A stretch of 63,996 bases of DNA, the filler included, from Stramenopiles sp. TOSAG23-6 (Eukaryota): assembly GCA_900128565.1 (NCBI GenBank). It is 3 parts of 3 records of this genome, joined end to end, with 100 filler letters (N's around TTAATTAATTAA, not from the genome) between each part and the next. Parts side by side here need not be neighbours in the genome. Positions count along the whole stretch, not along the records: positions 25,131 to 50,045 come from LT635999.1; 2 more parts are not named here. The stretch is one strand, 5' to 3'. The first letter of the stretch is position 1. Every line of letters starts with the position of its first letter. Shown here piece by piece: positions 34,038-46,033 of the stretch. A program made the position numbers and the translations under genes. The notes under the pieces were generated by a model that did no database searches, was not told the DNA's origin, and worked only from the letters and a program-made list of their open reading frames with translations.

Positions 34038-37000
34038 TTATATCTGCTGTTGTGAATTCGAGAGCATTTGCATCATTAACTGTCGCTGTTGCATTAATCT
34101 CAACTGCAGTTGCTGTTGTTGCTGCTGTTGTTGTTGTTGTTGTGGTTGCTGCTGTTGTTGTTGCTGTTTCTGTTGTAGTTGTTGTTGCTGCTGTGTTTGT
34201 TGTTGTTGTTGTTTTTGTTGCTGCTGTTGCTGTTGTTGCTGTTTTTGTTGCTGTTGTTGTTGTTGTTGCTGCCGTTGTTGCTGTATGTAATGCATCTGCT
34301 GCATCCGTTGCTGAGCAAGTTGATACTGTAACAGTTGCTGCTGTCGTTGCATTAAATAATTATGTTGTTGTTGTTGATATTGTTGTTGCTGTTGTTGGTA
34401 TTGTTGTTGCTGTTTTTGTTGTTGTTGTTGTTGTAGCTGTTTTTGTTGTTGTTGTTGTTGTTGCTGTTGTTGATACTGTTGTCGCTGTTGTTGTTTTTGT
34501 TGTTGTAGTTGTTGTTGTGCGTATTGGTATTGTTGTTGTAGTTGTTGTTGTAGCCGTAATTGATGCTGATATTGTTGTTGTATTTCGTTATTTCCTACTT
34601 GTTTGTTAATATTTCGACTATTTCCTACATGATCGTGAATATTCCGACTATTTCCTTGTGATATCAATGAGTTTCTATCAGTTTGTTGTTGTGATACATT
34701 TTTTTTCTTCCCATTCGATTTTGATGATTTGGACGAAATTCGAGCTTTTTTATAATTCTTTTTCAATTCCTCTTCATTTTTTCTTTTTTTAGTTTTCTTC
34801 ATCCCAGAAAAATCAGTAAACCAAGTTAAACTATTCAAAGTTTCATTGAGCATTTTTGAAGATTTTGTTATCTTTTTAACTTTATTTTTTAAATTATTTG
34901 CTTCGAGAGTTAATGCTTTTGCAGTAAAAGGTTTGACGACCCAATCATGTATTNTGAAAAAAAAANTCGTATAAANTNCGTTAGGTACAAAATTTTCTAT
35001 GAAAAAAATAAATAAATTTGAAATTGATAAAACGTACATGATGTCGTTTCTTGAAAAGATTACCCAAGCGATGAGCATACTTAAAATAAATCGAGTCTCC
35101 TGGATTGTACAATTTAGCATTACGAAAAATCAATTCCATGTCAAGCTTAAATTGTGTATATAATTTTAGGAAAATATTTCAAAACTTTCAACTCAATTAG
35201 GTATAGTACAAAAAAAAATCATTACAGATTGATCAAAAAAAAAAAAGAAAAAAAAATGTTAGGTACAAAATTGTGTACGAAAAAAAAACAAAAAGATAAC
35301 ATACATGACTTCGATATTTTCCATCCATTAGTTTTCGTTGTACTTCAATCAGAGACATAGGTTGTTCAATTATTGTATAATACTGAGGAGCGACTTCTTC
35401 AGTAACTGGGTGTAAAAAAGGCTCTGATATATCAAGTTCATTGATACTTGCCCAAACTGCTGCACAATTTCTTAATTTTTTTTCAGGATTTGTTAAATTT
35501 TTTCGTTTCGGTTTTGTTTTTTTAACGATTTTTTTTTTAGTGATTTTACTTGAATTTTCTTTTACGTATACTTTTTTACTATCATTATCATTCGTTCTCG
35601 GAGTATTGTCATCAAAACATTCTTTTGCTAATTGATCCAATTCAAAATCAAGATTAATGCGAGGTTTTGTATTTTTTCGAAGTTTTGGTTGAAGATGATC
35701 AGGGATCAGAGAATCATCACATTCAAGCCCCTGGCGTTTTTGATTAAATCGCCATTGTCGCAATGCACTTCGTCGTTCTCTTTCTTCCCTTGCTTCTTTT
35801 TCTTCTTCTGTTTTTTGTTCAGCAAAAGCAATCATTAACAACTGCTTCCTTTTACTATACTGGGCCTTACTATTTTCGCGACGTTCCAGGCGAAGCCGAC
35901 GAGATTCTTGTTCTCTGAACTCTTTTTCAGCTTTATCTGCTTTTTCTCGTTCAATTCTCTCCTTTTCCCTCTTTGCCTGTTCTAATTCAGCTTCTCTTTT
36001 TCGACGCTCACGTAACTCTTTTGCCTTCTCCTTATTTAACAACAACTGTGCTTCTCTTCTAAAACGCTCTTCTCGTTCTTTTTTTTCTATTTCTTCTCGC
36101 TGGGCAGTATTTTGTGCAACACGAGATGACCGTTTACGTGGCATTAAACTGATGAGCCGTTGTTTCTCTTCTTTCGCTTTTTGCTTTTCTAAAACTTCCT
36201 TTTGTTCATCCCAATCAGAGATGTATTCTAGGAAAATATTTCGAAAATGTGAAATTCGTCAGGTACAAAGTTTAAAAAAAAATGTTTTTTTTTGTTACGT
36301 ATGAAATTTCGTATGAAAAAAAAGTAAAGAAAATGTAGGCAAAACATTCTAGGTAATATTTCAAAATTTTTTTTGAAAAATTGTTAGGTACAAAATTTCG
36401 TACGAAAAAAAAAATAGAACGCACATCATCGTTTCAAGGTGATCTCGAATCGGTTGCTCCAAGTCCCAAAATTCTTTATTTTTTTTTCTTGATTCGCGTT
36501 CTTCTTTTGCTTTCTTCAATTCCGCTTTTGCTTTCTTCAATTCCGCTTTACTTGCTTTTTTATTTTTTTTATTTTTTTGAGTTTTCTTGTTTTTTTTTGT
36601 TTTTCTCAAAGGTTTTACAGCCTTCTTTGTAAATTGACTTAACAATTCACGAATATTAGCAATACCCGAAGCAACTAATGTCCATTTTGGCTCCGCGAAA
36701 TTTTTCCAGGAAGAGATTCGTTTTGAAGTCTCCTCTATAAAATTACGATGCTCACAAAGTTCACCATCAGAATCAACATCTTCACTTGCAACAAAATTAC
36801 ATTGTTTTTCGTGTTGGTTCACTTCATCTAAAGTTCCTTCAAAAGGACAACCATTTGTCTCGCATTCATATTCAGCCTCTGTTTTGTCTTCACATTTTCG
36901 TTGTACGGTTTGTCTGTAGACACGAAATTCTTTCCAGAAGGATTCAAACCAAAAATATCTAAATCCATTACGATCTACCGCAAATGGTTCGACTCGAAGA

Positions 37001-37935
37001 TCATTATTTTCATATTCATTAATAATATCTATTGTTGCTGGATTGACAAACAAATGATAATCGCATAGGGCTGCTAAAATATGAACTTTTTCTGTAGGAC
37101 TGATTTTATTGAAGTCTTTTGTTTTTTTTGTAGGATCTTGATCTTTTTCTATATTTTTTTCAATATTTTTTTTAATATCAAATGTACCAGACATAGGACA
37201 AGCATCAATTTGTTCTATATAGGACAAAGATTGTCCAATAGGAGGATGGTTTCCTAGAGGCGCCAACAAGGCATCAAGTATTGCAATTTGTGCCTCAGCC
37301 TCATCCACGTTGAAGTCTTTTGGAGGAAAACCCCAACGTTCCTGACGTAAATATTGAAGTTTTGCATCATTATTTCCCATATTAGGATCATTAGGATTAT
37401 CTGTATTTTCTACTATGTCTTCTGGTGTATTACTAGCTGCTGCACCTTTTTCAAGGGGCTCTGGGCCTTTTTCAAGGGGCTCTTCTGGTGTATTACTAGC
37501 TGCTGGACCTTTTTCAAGGGGCTCAAGCGGAGCGCTCACATGTACTTCGGAATCGGCAAGTAAACACCAGGCGCGGTGATTTGCACGTTGCAAATACCAA
37601 CCATGAACAAAACGTTCAAGCCGAGGACCCCAAAAAAAGTAAGGCTTTGTTTCTCCATTTTCAAATTTTTTTGCAAGAGAAGTACCAGTCCATTCTAAAA
37701 GTCTTGGAACAATGGCATTCAAGACGTGACTATCCGAGGAGTTTATTAGACCACGCTCAAAATCAATCATTGAAAACATTCTCGTCATTTTCATAGGACC
37801 ATTGAACAACCAAATATATTGCGCAATAGCAGGCACTTGCCATAGACTCTGTACTTCAGCGAGTTGTTTTTTTACTTCTTCTGTCTCGAAACTAGACGCG
37901 TCGAGCTTCTCCTCCTTGGATTGTACCATACTCAA
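34038..37935 (-). CDS. CECR2-like bromodomain chromatin protein with poly-Q tail, 4 exons
   Basis: WQVPAIAQYIWLF, LRVEPFAVDRNGFRYFWF, PRKRSSR; spliced bromodomain EPFLHPV..APQYYTIIEQPMSL..Y..FKLDMELIFRNAKLYN. Confidence 0.8.
34078..34583 (-). repeat. CAA/CAG poly-glutamine tract
   Basis: Long TTG/CTG run on the + strand. Confidence 0.9.
34947..35037 (-). mobile_element. Introner-like GT-AT intron
   Basis: catcat|GTACGT..TACCTAAC..AATACAT|gattgg; in frame (contains a few N). Confidence 0.75.
35158..35304 (-). mobile_element. GT-AT intron in the bromodomain
   Basis: agtcat|GTATGT..AAAATTATAT|acacaa; gives GKYRSH-TQFKLDMELIF. Confidence 0.82.
36221..36424 (-). mobile_element. Double-length GT-AT intron
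   Basis: atgat|GTGCGT..CCTAGAATACAT|ctct; joins the 524-aa and 303-aa ORFs in frame. Confidence 0.78.
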
Positions 37936-38320
37936 AGAATAAAAATAAGCTAAATATTGTAGAGTCCCCGCTTGCTTAATAGAGGATGCAATTTATTGAG
38001 ACTGGTAAAATGTGAAACCTGTCAATAAATTATATTGCAATTCAATTAAATACTCAAGTTAATCGATAAACGACTTTGTGCAACTGCTTACATAAAAAGA
38101 CAAGTTTTGACACAACTTTCGCGCGTGATCATGAGAAGGAGGAGTCAGTCTTATTTATATCGTCCTTGATTTGACACGTGGCATTAGTACATTTTGTAAG
38201 ATACTATACGTAGGGTACCTGAACCAAGGTTATAACCTTGACTGAACAAAGGGGTATCCTGGTTTATTCTGCAAGATAGCCCTCCAGGTGGGAGTCACAC
38301 GCCGGTTCGTTCGCGGAACG

Positions 38321-38695
38321 ATGGGCGCGAAGGCGTCGAAGGCGCCCAAGCCCACCCTCGATCTTGGCCACCTGAGCCAGCGAAAGCTCGCCTCAGCGAT
38401 CGAGTCCTATGTGTCAACCCATGGCGAGAGCTTTGGGCTGCTCCAGCGATATCAGCGCGCCGACCGCATCGTCTATGCCCAACCGGGGTTCGAAATTGGT
38501 GCCGCTGACGAAGATCAAGGCTCAGTCTGGAAAGCCGACCTTCGCGTGGTGGCGTGGCTCGACGACACAGCCGATGGTGACGCAGGGATTGATGCTGACA
38601 GTGAGAACGAAGACGATGGCGAGGAGGGAGACTTCGTCTTCTCAGTGCGCATCGAGCGGGGCAAGTACACGTGTACCGCCGCGGAGAGGGCATGA
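38321..38695 (+). CDS. GC-rich hypothetical protein (124 aa)
   Basis: ATG-started ORF MGAKASK.. coinciding with a sharp GC-rich island. Confidence 0.5.
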   Translation: MGAKASKAPKPTLDLGHLSQRKLASAIESYVSTHGESFGLLQRYQRADRIVYAQPGFEIGAADEDQGSVWKADLRVVAWLDDTADGDAGIDADSENEDDGEEGDFVFSVRIERGKYTCTAAERA

Positions 38696-38944
38696 CCTGC
38701 ACATAGCGTGTGCAACGTTATATCATGCGATCGAGCGATGCTACGATAATCTCGAAATAATAAAAAATCCTAAAAAATTATAATATGGAAAGAAATATAT
38801 AAAACAGAAAGTCTTCACCCTTTTTAAACAAAACTGCATAAACAATGAGTGATGTTTTGTACAAATATTTATTATTTCTGTCCAATTATAAGGCGCTTCG
38901 CGGAGACCAAAATAAATATATAAACTTTGAATTTTTCTTCTCAT

Positions 38945-40606
38945 TTAAGTAGATTTATTTGCATCAGCCCAAAGATCAAGACCACTTTTAAAAAGTGTTC
39001 TATCTAATGTTGACGTCATATCTGAAGCTTCCCCCAATAAAGAATGAACCTGTGACAAACCAATAGTATCTCGTCTTTCTCGTTTATGCGGTTTGTCGAC
39101 TATTTGTTCTTGTTCTTCACCTTGTTCGACGAAAGATGGGAAACTTCTCAATGATTTCAATGAGTGTGAAACTTGTTGCAGTGGATAATTCCATGTACTT
39201 GTATTCCCAGCAGAAGCTTCAGAAAAGTTTGATGTACCATTGTTAGAACCGTTACTAAAACCATATTGCACACTATTTTTCTTGGTATCAGTATTGTCCT
39301 CCCAAACAGATTCACCTGTGGATTCATTATAATAATAATATGCATTTTGCATTTCATCAAAAGCTCTAAACCAACCGTCATTTTCACTATAATTATTGTT
39401 TGTGTGACTACTATATTCACCAGTATCCGTACTTTGGTGAGATGATTCTTGAGGTATAGACCAAACACTCTCGCCAGTAATGTTATTTATATAATAGTAT
39501 GCGTTTGACGTGGAATCGAAACGTTTCTCCCACTGAGATGCTGTTGTATTAGGGTTAGGGTAATTGTCTACATTATCATCCTCGCTGCTACTGGTACCAG
39601 TATAAGTGCTACCACTAGAGCTTGTATCAGTATCCACTGCATTATCAAATACGGGCGATGCAGGGTTGCTATCGTTTTCTTGTTCACTATCATGCTCCAG
39701 TTCCTCTATTGAATCTATCTCAGCTTCTAATTCTCCTGCTCTGATCTCACCAGTGACCAAATGCTCGAAGTAGTCAACCCCCCAGTCATTATCATGTTTA
39801 CGGACCCAATTTGCATCTGTCTGCCAGTCATAATCAGGTGGTAGTGGTGGATTGAAGGATGAACTTTCGTGGGCTGATGATGGGTTAGAGTTAATGCCAT
39901 CCACTAAATAGTTGGGTAAGGACCCGTCGGAATCTTTCATTAAATCATCCGCCGTGTATGCAGCTGGTGTATATTTATTACTTGTATCATGAGAAATATC
40001 ATCCAAAGATAATTCAACCTCTGTACAGTCTCCAAGTACATTTGAGACCATCGTTCTTCCAGAATCTCCCATTGCGAGCTCTTGAAAGTCTAAATTTACA
40101 CTATTGTTATTATTATTTGTTGCTACCATATTCGAAATGATAGCATCGGTACCAGATGCCTGTCCGACTTCAGTAGAATTAGTGTGCTCAGTATTGAATG
40201 TCTTTGTTTCTTGAATTCTTTTTTGAGCTTCCAGTACAGCCAAGTCAGCATTCATTTTTGCTTGTGATTTATGGCGCCCAAGATGGAGAAGTCGTTCTAT
40301 AGATCTCATCCAAGACTCTCTATTTTCCACAGTTTCAGAAAAAAGTTCGATAGAAAATTTACTCTTTTTTCTAACTCCTGTTGCACGAAAACCAAACAAA
40401 TCATCCAATTCCTTTTTTGGAGCTTCGTCTATAACTTCAACAAATGCACCTTCAGCACTGAGGTCAATTCGACCCTTTTGTGTGTCGCACGCTGGACTCT
40501 CATACCATATGAGTTGACCTGTCCGATTATGCACCACAAAATACTTCTCAGAGAAACTGACACGTCCAAATATCCCATGTTTTACTAAAATTAGAGGTCC
40601 TCTCAT
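38945..40606 (-). CDS. PH and WW domain protein
   Basis: N-terminal PH (LIWYE..KGRIDL..RESWMRSI); WW motifs W....D....YYY.N..TGESVW. Confidence 0.8.
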   Translation of the reverse strand: MRGPLILVKHGIFGRVSFSEKYFVVHNRTGQLIWYESPACDTQKGRIDLSAEGAFVEVIDEAPKKELDDLFGFRATGVRKKSKFSIELFSETVENRESWMRSIERLLHLGRHKSQAKMNADLAVLEAQKRIQETKTFNTEHTNSTEVGQASGTDAIISNMVATNNNNNSVNLDFQELAMGDSGRTMVSNVLGDCTEVELSLDDISHDTSNKYTPAAYTADDLMKDSDGSLPNYLVDGINSNPSSAHESSSFNPPLPPDYDWQTDANWVRKHDNDWGVDYFEHLVTGEIRAGELEAEIDSIEELEHDSEQENDSNPASPVFDNAVDTDTSSSGSTYTGTSSSEDDNVDNYPNPNTTASQWEKRFDSTSNAYYYINNITGESVWSIPQESSHQSTDTGEYSSHTNNNYSENDGWFRAFDEMQNAYYYYNESTGESVWEDNTDTKKNSVQYGFSNGSNNGTSNFSEASAGNTSTWNYPLQQVSHSLKSLRSFPSFVEQGEEQEQIVDKPHKRERRDTIGLSQVHSLLGEASDMTSTLDRTLFKSGLDLWADANKST

Positions 40607-40960
40607 CGTAAAAAAATGCCCCTTTTAGGTATTTATTTATGCTTTGCTTTACAAAGATATAAAAAGGTCTTGCTTTTTTTCGTAACGTTTTTGAGACTGA
40701 CTAATCAACCTATCCTAATAATCAGGTTTGTGCCACACTGCGACTGCCTGAAAAAAAGTTTTGAATTTAAAATTTTTTGAATTGAATTCTCTCTCTCCTC
40801 TTTCTCTTTCTTGTTGGTGTTTCACTCTTTTTTTGTTTGTGTGTGTAGATCAGATTAGTTGATCATATTGCAATATTATAACATCGGATACAGTGATTTA
40901 TATTTCCAGAAGTCATATATCTCAATATCTGAAACAACGCAATTATATCGTTGTATTAAA

Positions 40961-41548
40961 ATGGCTATCGTCTTTGGTGTAGATATTCAAAATAATGACG
41001 TCGCACATAAAACACAAAAAGTTTTGAACATTTCTCTTGCAATTTTGGTCTTGGTTATTGTTCAAGCAGTAGCAACAAGCGTAGTTCATACAAACAATCG
41101 ATCGCAACAAGTGGATTCCGTAATGGCACGTATTCTCATTGGTCTTATGCTACCTGTTATCGGATATATGGGAGCTCGTTTGCGGAATCGTTCTCTTGTC
41201 GGGTGCTTTGCATGTTGCAATGTTGCTGCTATTGTTTTTTTCCTCGTCACTTTATATATTTTATTCTCAGGCCTTGGCAAACTCTCTGATTGGCAAAATG
41301 CATGCATATCACAAGCACAGTTACAAGGTATGCCTACAGATCAATGTAGCAGTATCCGAACAAAATATATGAAGTTGATGGCAGCAAACTTAGTCTTTGG
41401 AGGAACGGCCTTTTTATTCAACTTATTAGGTTGTATCTGGGGTTTTCAATTATTTCAGCATGAGTATTACAACTACGGTAGTTCAGGCGGTAGCTATGGT
41501 TCAGGAGCGGTACAGAAGGATAAAGATCGTAGTTGGTATACTGTCTAA
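40961..41548 (+). CDS. Small four-TM membrane protein
   Basis: Four hydrophobic segments and a Cys pair in the loop. Confidence 0.6.
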   Translation: MAIVFGVDIQNNDVAHKTQKVLNISLAILVLVIVQAVATSVVHTNNRSQQVDSVMARILIGLMLPVIGYMGARLRNRSLVGCFACCNVAAIVFFLVTLYILFSGLGKLSDWQNACISQAQLQGMPTDQCSSIRTKYMKLMAANLVFGGTAFLFNLLGCIWGFQLFQHEYYNYGSSGGSYGSGAVQKDKDRSWYTV

Positions 41549-41962
41549 ATTGTACTGAACTTTTACGTAGAGGATTATTTTTTATTCGTACAAAATTTTT
41601 AGTAATATTTAACTTTTTTCTACCAATCAAGTTTTTCATATTCAAAGTGGGACTTGGAGTATTACATTGTTGATTTTGCGTTTTTAATGTCGATATCATT
41701 TATAAAATTATAATAACGATTGGTATCAATGATATTTGGTACTTATATTTATTTACTCTAGCTAGAGATATACTAGCTAGTTGTAGTAGTAGTAAAAAAT
41801 ATCAAAAAAATATCAACTTTTCCATTCAGTCCAATTTTTCAGTGACTGGCCTATACTATTACCTACTAACATACTACCTAACGAAGTAGCTACTATCTAT
41901 ACTGTAGCAAGGAATACCTGTATCTCTTTCTGATTACTTATAGAAGTCGTGGTCCTTTTAAA

Positions 41963-43093
41963 ATGTCATTTTCGAGCATTCGCGTGAACGCGTTGAAAAC
42001 CCTGCTCTCCAATATTGAAGAAAGTTACTCTATTGTTGAAATTCTTCCTTGTGAAGCAGGAACTGGAGCCCACAGTGATGAAGTTGACAAAATGGCACAG
42101 TGGAGAAAGTCTTACGATGATGCTGCAGCGTCAGTTGCACACGCATCAACGAAGTTTTCCCTTGGTATAATGCCTATTCACACCAAAGACGCTGCCGTGA
42201 GCATTTGCAAGCAACTTGAGACACCTTGTATGTCTTTAACACAGAGCTGCGTAGGACTCTATGCGTATATCACTTCGCTTTGCTATCGCAGGGAACTACT
42301 CTCTATTACAAAAAAAATTATTTCTTCAGTCAAAATTTTAGTTACTAAAATAATCGAAGATATCCACGATGTTGATCATACAGATTATAAACCTCCGGCA
42401 CCATTGACAGGAAAAATTTGGTCTCTATGTGAAGATGCCGAAAAGCTTCCACGATCCGAACGTCTTTTTTATCTACGTCTCATTTTTCAGACTTTTACAA
42501 CTCTACGAGACACGGCTGACGAGTTCGCTGAAGAACTTGAAGAGAATGATGACAGTGATGTTGGTGGTTGGGGTAGTTTTGATGAGTCAGATGAAGAGCC
42601 TATGTCTGAAAAAGAAAGAGTAATTACTTCAGCTGTTGTACAACTTGTCCGCATGAGCCAACGTTTGGTCCGACGGGTCTATCAGTTAGTAAAAGTCACT
42701 GGAAATACATGTCAACCATATAGTATAGCTGCAATAGACGTAGCTGTCCGTCAATTGAAAGATCTTATTAATTCAGTGACTGACTTGGGGATGTGTCTAT
42801 ACAGGCCTCTCAATATTCCTGGCATTGTTTCGTTTTCTTCAGAGGTAGTAAAGGTTGCAATACATGTTGGAGAGTGTTTTTTAGTAGAAGGAAAAACAAA
42901 GATATGTGATAAATCTGCTGATGGAGATTGTCCAGACTCTCTCTCGTCACATTTAACAAAGTTGAGCATAACGGCTGATGACATCACCAATGATTCCTCA
43001 ACCAATGAAAAAATCAATACAGAAAGAAAAGAACTATTAATTCGTATCCATGCACTACAAGAAGCAGCGACTCACGTCCAGAAAGTTATTTGA
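41963..43093 (+). CDS. CCNDBP1: GCIP/cyclin-D1-binding protein 1 family
   Basis: TGKIWSLCE, LRDTADEF, acidic loop, VTDLGMCLYRP. Confidence 0.65.
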   Translation: MSFSSIRVNALKTLLSNIEESYSIVEILPCEAGTGAHSDEVDKMAQWRKSYDDAAASVAHASTKFSLGIMPIHTKDAAVSICKQLETPCMSLTQSCVGLYAYITSLCYRRELLSITKKIISSVKILVTKIIEDIHDVDHTDYKPPAPLTGKIWSLCEDAEKLPRSERLFYLRLIFQTFTTLRDTADEFAEELEENDDSDVGGWGSFDESDEEPMSEKERVITSAVVQLVRMSQRLVRRVYQLVKVTGNTCQPYSIAAIDVAVRQLKDLINSVTDLGMCLYRPLNIPGIVSFSSEVVKVAIHVGECFLVEGKTKICDKSADGDCPDSLSSHLTKLSITADDITNDSSTNEKINTERKELLIRIHALQEAATHVQKVI

Positions 43094-43343
43094 AGATTTT
43101 CATTGATGGTTTTACATTAAATAAAAATAGTATAGAGTATATATTTTAATATATGGAATGCAACAATAATTTGAATTCAAATACGTATAGAAACAAAAGA
43201 AGTTTTTGTAGTGAAAAGTATCTAAAGAATTTATGAGGGTAGTTTTATTCAAAAAAAAGGTGTATGAAAATTTAGCAAATTCGACATGAAATCTGCAATT
43301 TCTAATCACCTATGGGATTCTTATTAAGTCAAGTTTTCAAATT

Positions 43344-46033
43344 TTAACTTCTTTCACACGTACTAACTCTTTTATTACCCTGGATTGGATTTTGACTATC
43401 CACTACATCATGAGGATCAGGATCTCCTTGAGGGAAACCTAACAACCATGTATTTTGGGAAAATATTTCAAAAAAAAAAACTAAAATTTGTTAGGTACAA
43501 AATGTCGTACGAAAAAAAAACTCGAATTTGAAAAAAAATAAAACATACATAGACAAGCTGATGATTTTCTTTCTGAAACTAAATTATTTAACATGTCACA
43601 CAAAATGTCACTACTCGATTCAAGTAATACTAAAGTTACCAAACGCTCATAACACGTGAAACTTTCATATTCTCCAGTATTTCCTTTGTTTTTACGCATA
43701 TTTGCTAGATATTTATCAAGATGTTTTTTTGCGGTCCTTGCGTCATTGACATTTAGAAGATTCTTAATTTCACATAAGGAATATAAAGTGACATCCGATT
43801 CACTACAGAATTGTCGCAGAGTTGCTGCAGTTGTTTTATGAGTAAATGTAATATTTTCAGGAATTGTTGAAATATCACAATTCCCATTGTTTTCTTTGAT
43901 TAATCCATATCTTCCTAAAAATTTATCATTTCTTGAAGACTTTTTGAAGAATTTGATAGTTTTACAAATTAATGATTCAGTTACGTTTAGGTTTGGTTCA
44001 TTAGATTCACTCGGAGTATTAAATTCTATAGTATCATGTATTGAATCGCCTATTGTAGAAATTGTAGAAATTGTAGAACTAGGGTTAGGGTTAGTAGAAG
44101 GGACAGTCACTTCTGGACTAATTACTGTAGATAAATTAGTTGTTGAAGTTTTGCCTTCACCAACAGACAAATTAGTTGTTGAAGTTTTGCCTTCACCAAC
44201 AGACAAAATAATATCTCCATTCGTATTATTGGTTGCTGCCGCTGTCTTTATTTCTATAGAATTTGTAGATGTAGGAACATCATTCATTTTACAATCTATT
44301 TCATGAAATGCTCTTTTCCGAGCCACGCGTTTTATTATTGGAGAATCTGTATCACATTTCGTCTCTAACGAATTTTGAATTTGTGTCTTCTCAGCATCAT
44401 CCTCTCTAGCATCAACAATATCAGTCTCATCTAAAATGTCCATATTTGTCAAATTAAGTAATCTATCATTTAACTCAGCATCTTTAGAAAGACCTTTCTT
44501 ACATGAAGAAATTAGTTTATCCACAAAAAGTTGAACTTCTTCATATATTCGATGATTACTATTATGGATTGTTAGAGTAATTGAATTATCCTTTGTGCGT
44601 TGGGATGAAATTTGAGTATTTGTAGCTTTGGAAGCATTATCATCATTCACAAGCTTTCGAAGAAGCAATTCCAGAACATTTTGACTAAACAAATGTGCAA
44701 ATGCTTTATCAATGACGACAGTATAAGGAATTTGAATATTTGCAGTTTCTTTTAATAACATTTCTTCTTCATTCACTGTAAAATCTTCTGCTCCTTTTAG
44801 TTTCATTTCTTCTTCATCCACTGTAAAATCTTCTGCTCCTTTTAGTTTCATTTCTTCTCTATACGCCTCAAGATCTTCTGCAACATTTGATTCCATTCGA
44901 TATGCTTCAAGATCTCCTTCAAGATCACCAGAGTCAGAGTCACATTCGTCGTTTTTCATTTTAGAGGTTTTAGATTTTTTTGACTTTTGTCTCTTCGATT
45001 GTGAATGTTTTGGAGAGTTAGAATTAGGAATCTTCCTTTTTTTTGATTCCTCTTTTTTTTTAGTGAATGAAGGTGATTTATCGCCGTCCATTCCAACAAA
45101 ATTAAATTTAACTTTGTCTCTACCTCGGGGTCTATGTATTTTGGAAAAATATTTCAAAAACAATTGTTAGGTACAAAATTTCGTACGAAAAAAAAATTCG
45201 AATTTGAAAAAAATAAAACATACAAATTCCTGATGTCGGATTTCTGCGACTGGCCATTGATTTTCGGATACAACAGTATGACTGTAACATTTTTCAGGAA
45301 TTAAATTTACATCAATGTCTAACACTCTCTGTAACTCTACTGAAGAGCGACAGGTTTTTGAAAGACTGGCATTATGATAGTAGACATCAGCTCTTCTAGA
45401 CCCATTTTTTTGAGGTTTTTTACGCCAATTTAGTTTAATAACCCAACCAGGGGGAGGCCATGATAATGATTTCTTTCCTCTTCTAGCACCTTTTGGACTC
45501 TTCTTTTTTATTACTTTTTTTACTACTTTTTTTACTACTTTTTTTACTTTTTTACTTTTTTTGGTAATTTCATTATGAAACATACTATCCGATATACTAT
45601 CCAAGGGATCTAACACTTTCACTCTTCGCAAACCACTCTGTGGTACTTTTGAAACCACAGATGTTTTCAAAGCCGAATATCTCCTTTTATTTTCTTTTTT
45701 TCTTTGTTCGCTGGCTAAGTCTCCTATAGACGGAAAAGTAGCTTTCGGAGTTTTGGACTTAGATTTTGATATACTTGGATGCTTTTTTTTATTACTAATT
45801 GACTTCCTCAACACTGATTTATTACTGATGCTAACTTTTCCAGAGAATTTAGATGAAGGCTTGTGCGAAGTTATTGTTGACTTAAACTTTTTAGGTCGCG
45901 TAGTAGTTGTGGTTACTTTTACTTGCTTTGGTTCACTTTGAATTTCCTCCACATCATTGAATATATCCATAATATCATCAGACAAATCCATATTGCAACT
46001 CTCTGAAAAATCGACCTCTGTCATTGTGATCAA
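43344..46033 (-). CDS. MBD (methyl-CpG-binding-like) domain protein, 3 exons
   Basis: PPPGW....RK......RADVYY......CRSSVEL motif; ORFs joined by the introns at 45134-45223 and 43448-43548. Confidence 0.6.
43448..43548 (-). mobile_element. Introner-like GT-AT intron
   Basis: ctat|GTATGT..TACCTAAC..CCCAAAATACAT|gg; an in-frame AG 9 nt downstream also exists. Confidence 0.7.
45134..45223 (-). mobile_element. Introner-like GT-AT intron
   Basis: gaattt|GTATGT..TACCTAAC..AAAATACAT|agaccc; in frame only with the AT acceptor. Confidence 0.82.

Noticed and set aside
34052-34609. Val-rich ORF and other short antisense ORFs
   Set aside because: Shadows of the poly-Q tract or of real genes on the opposite strand.
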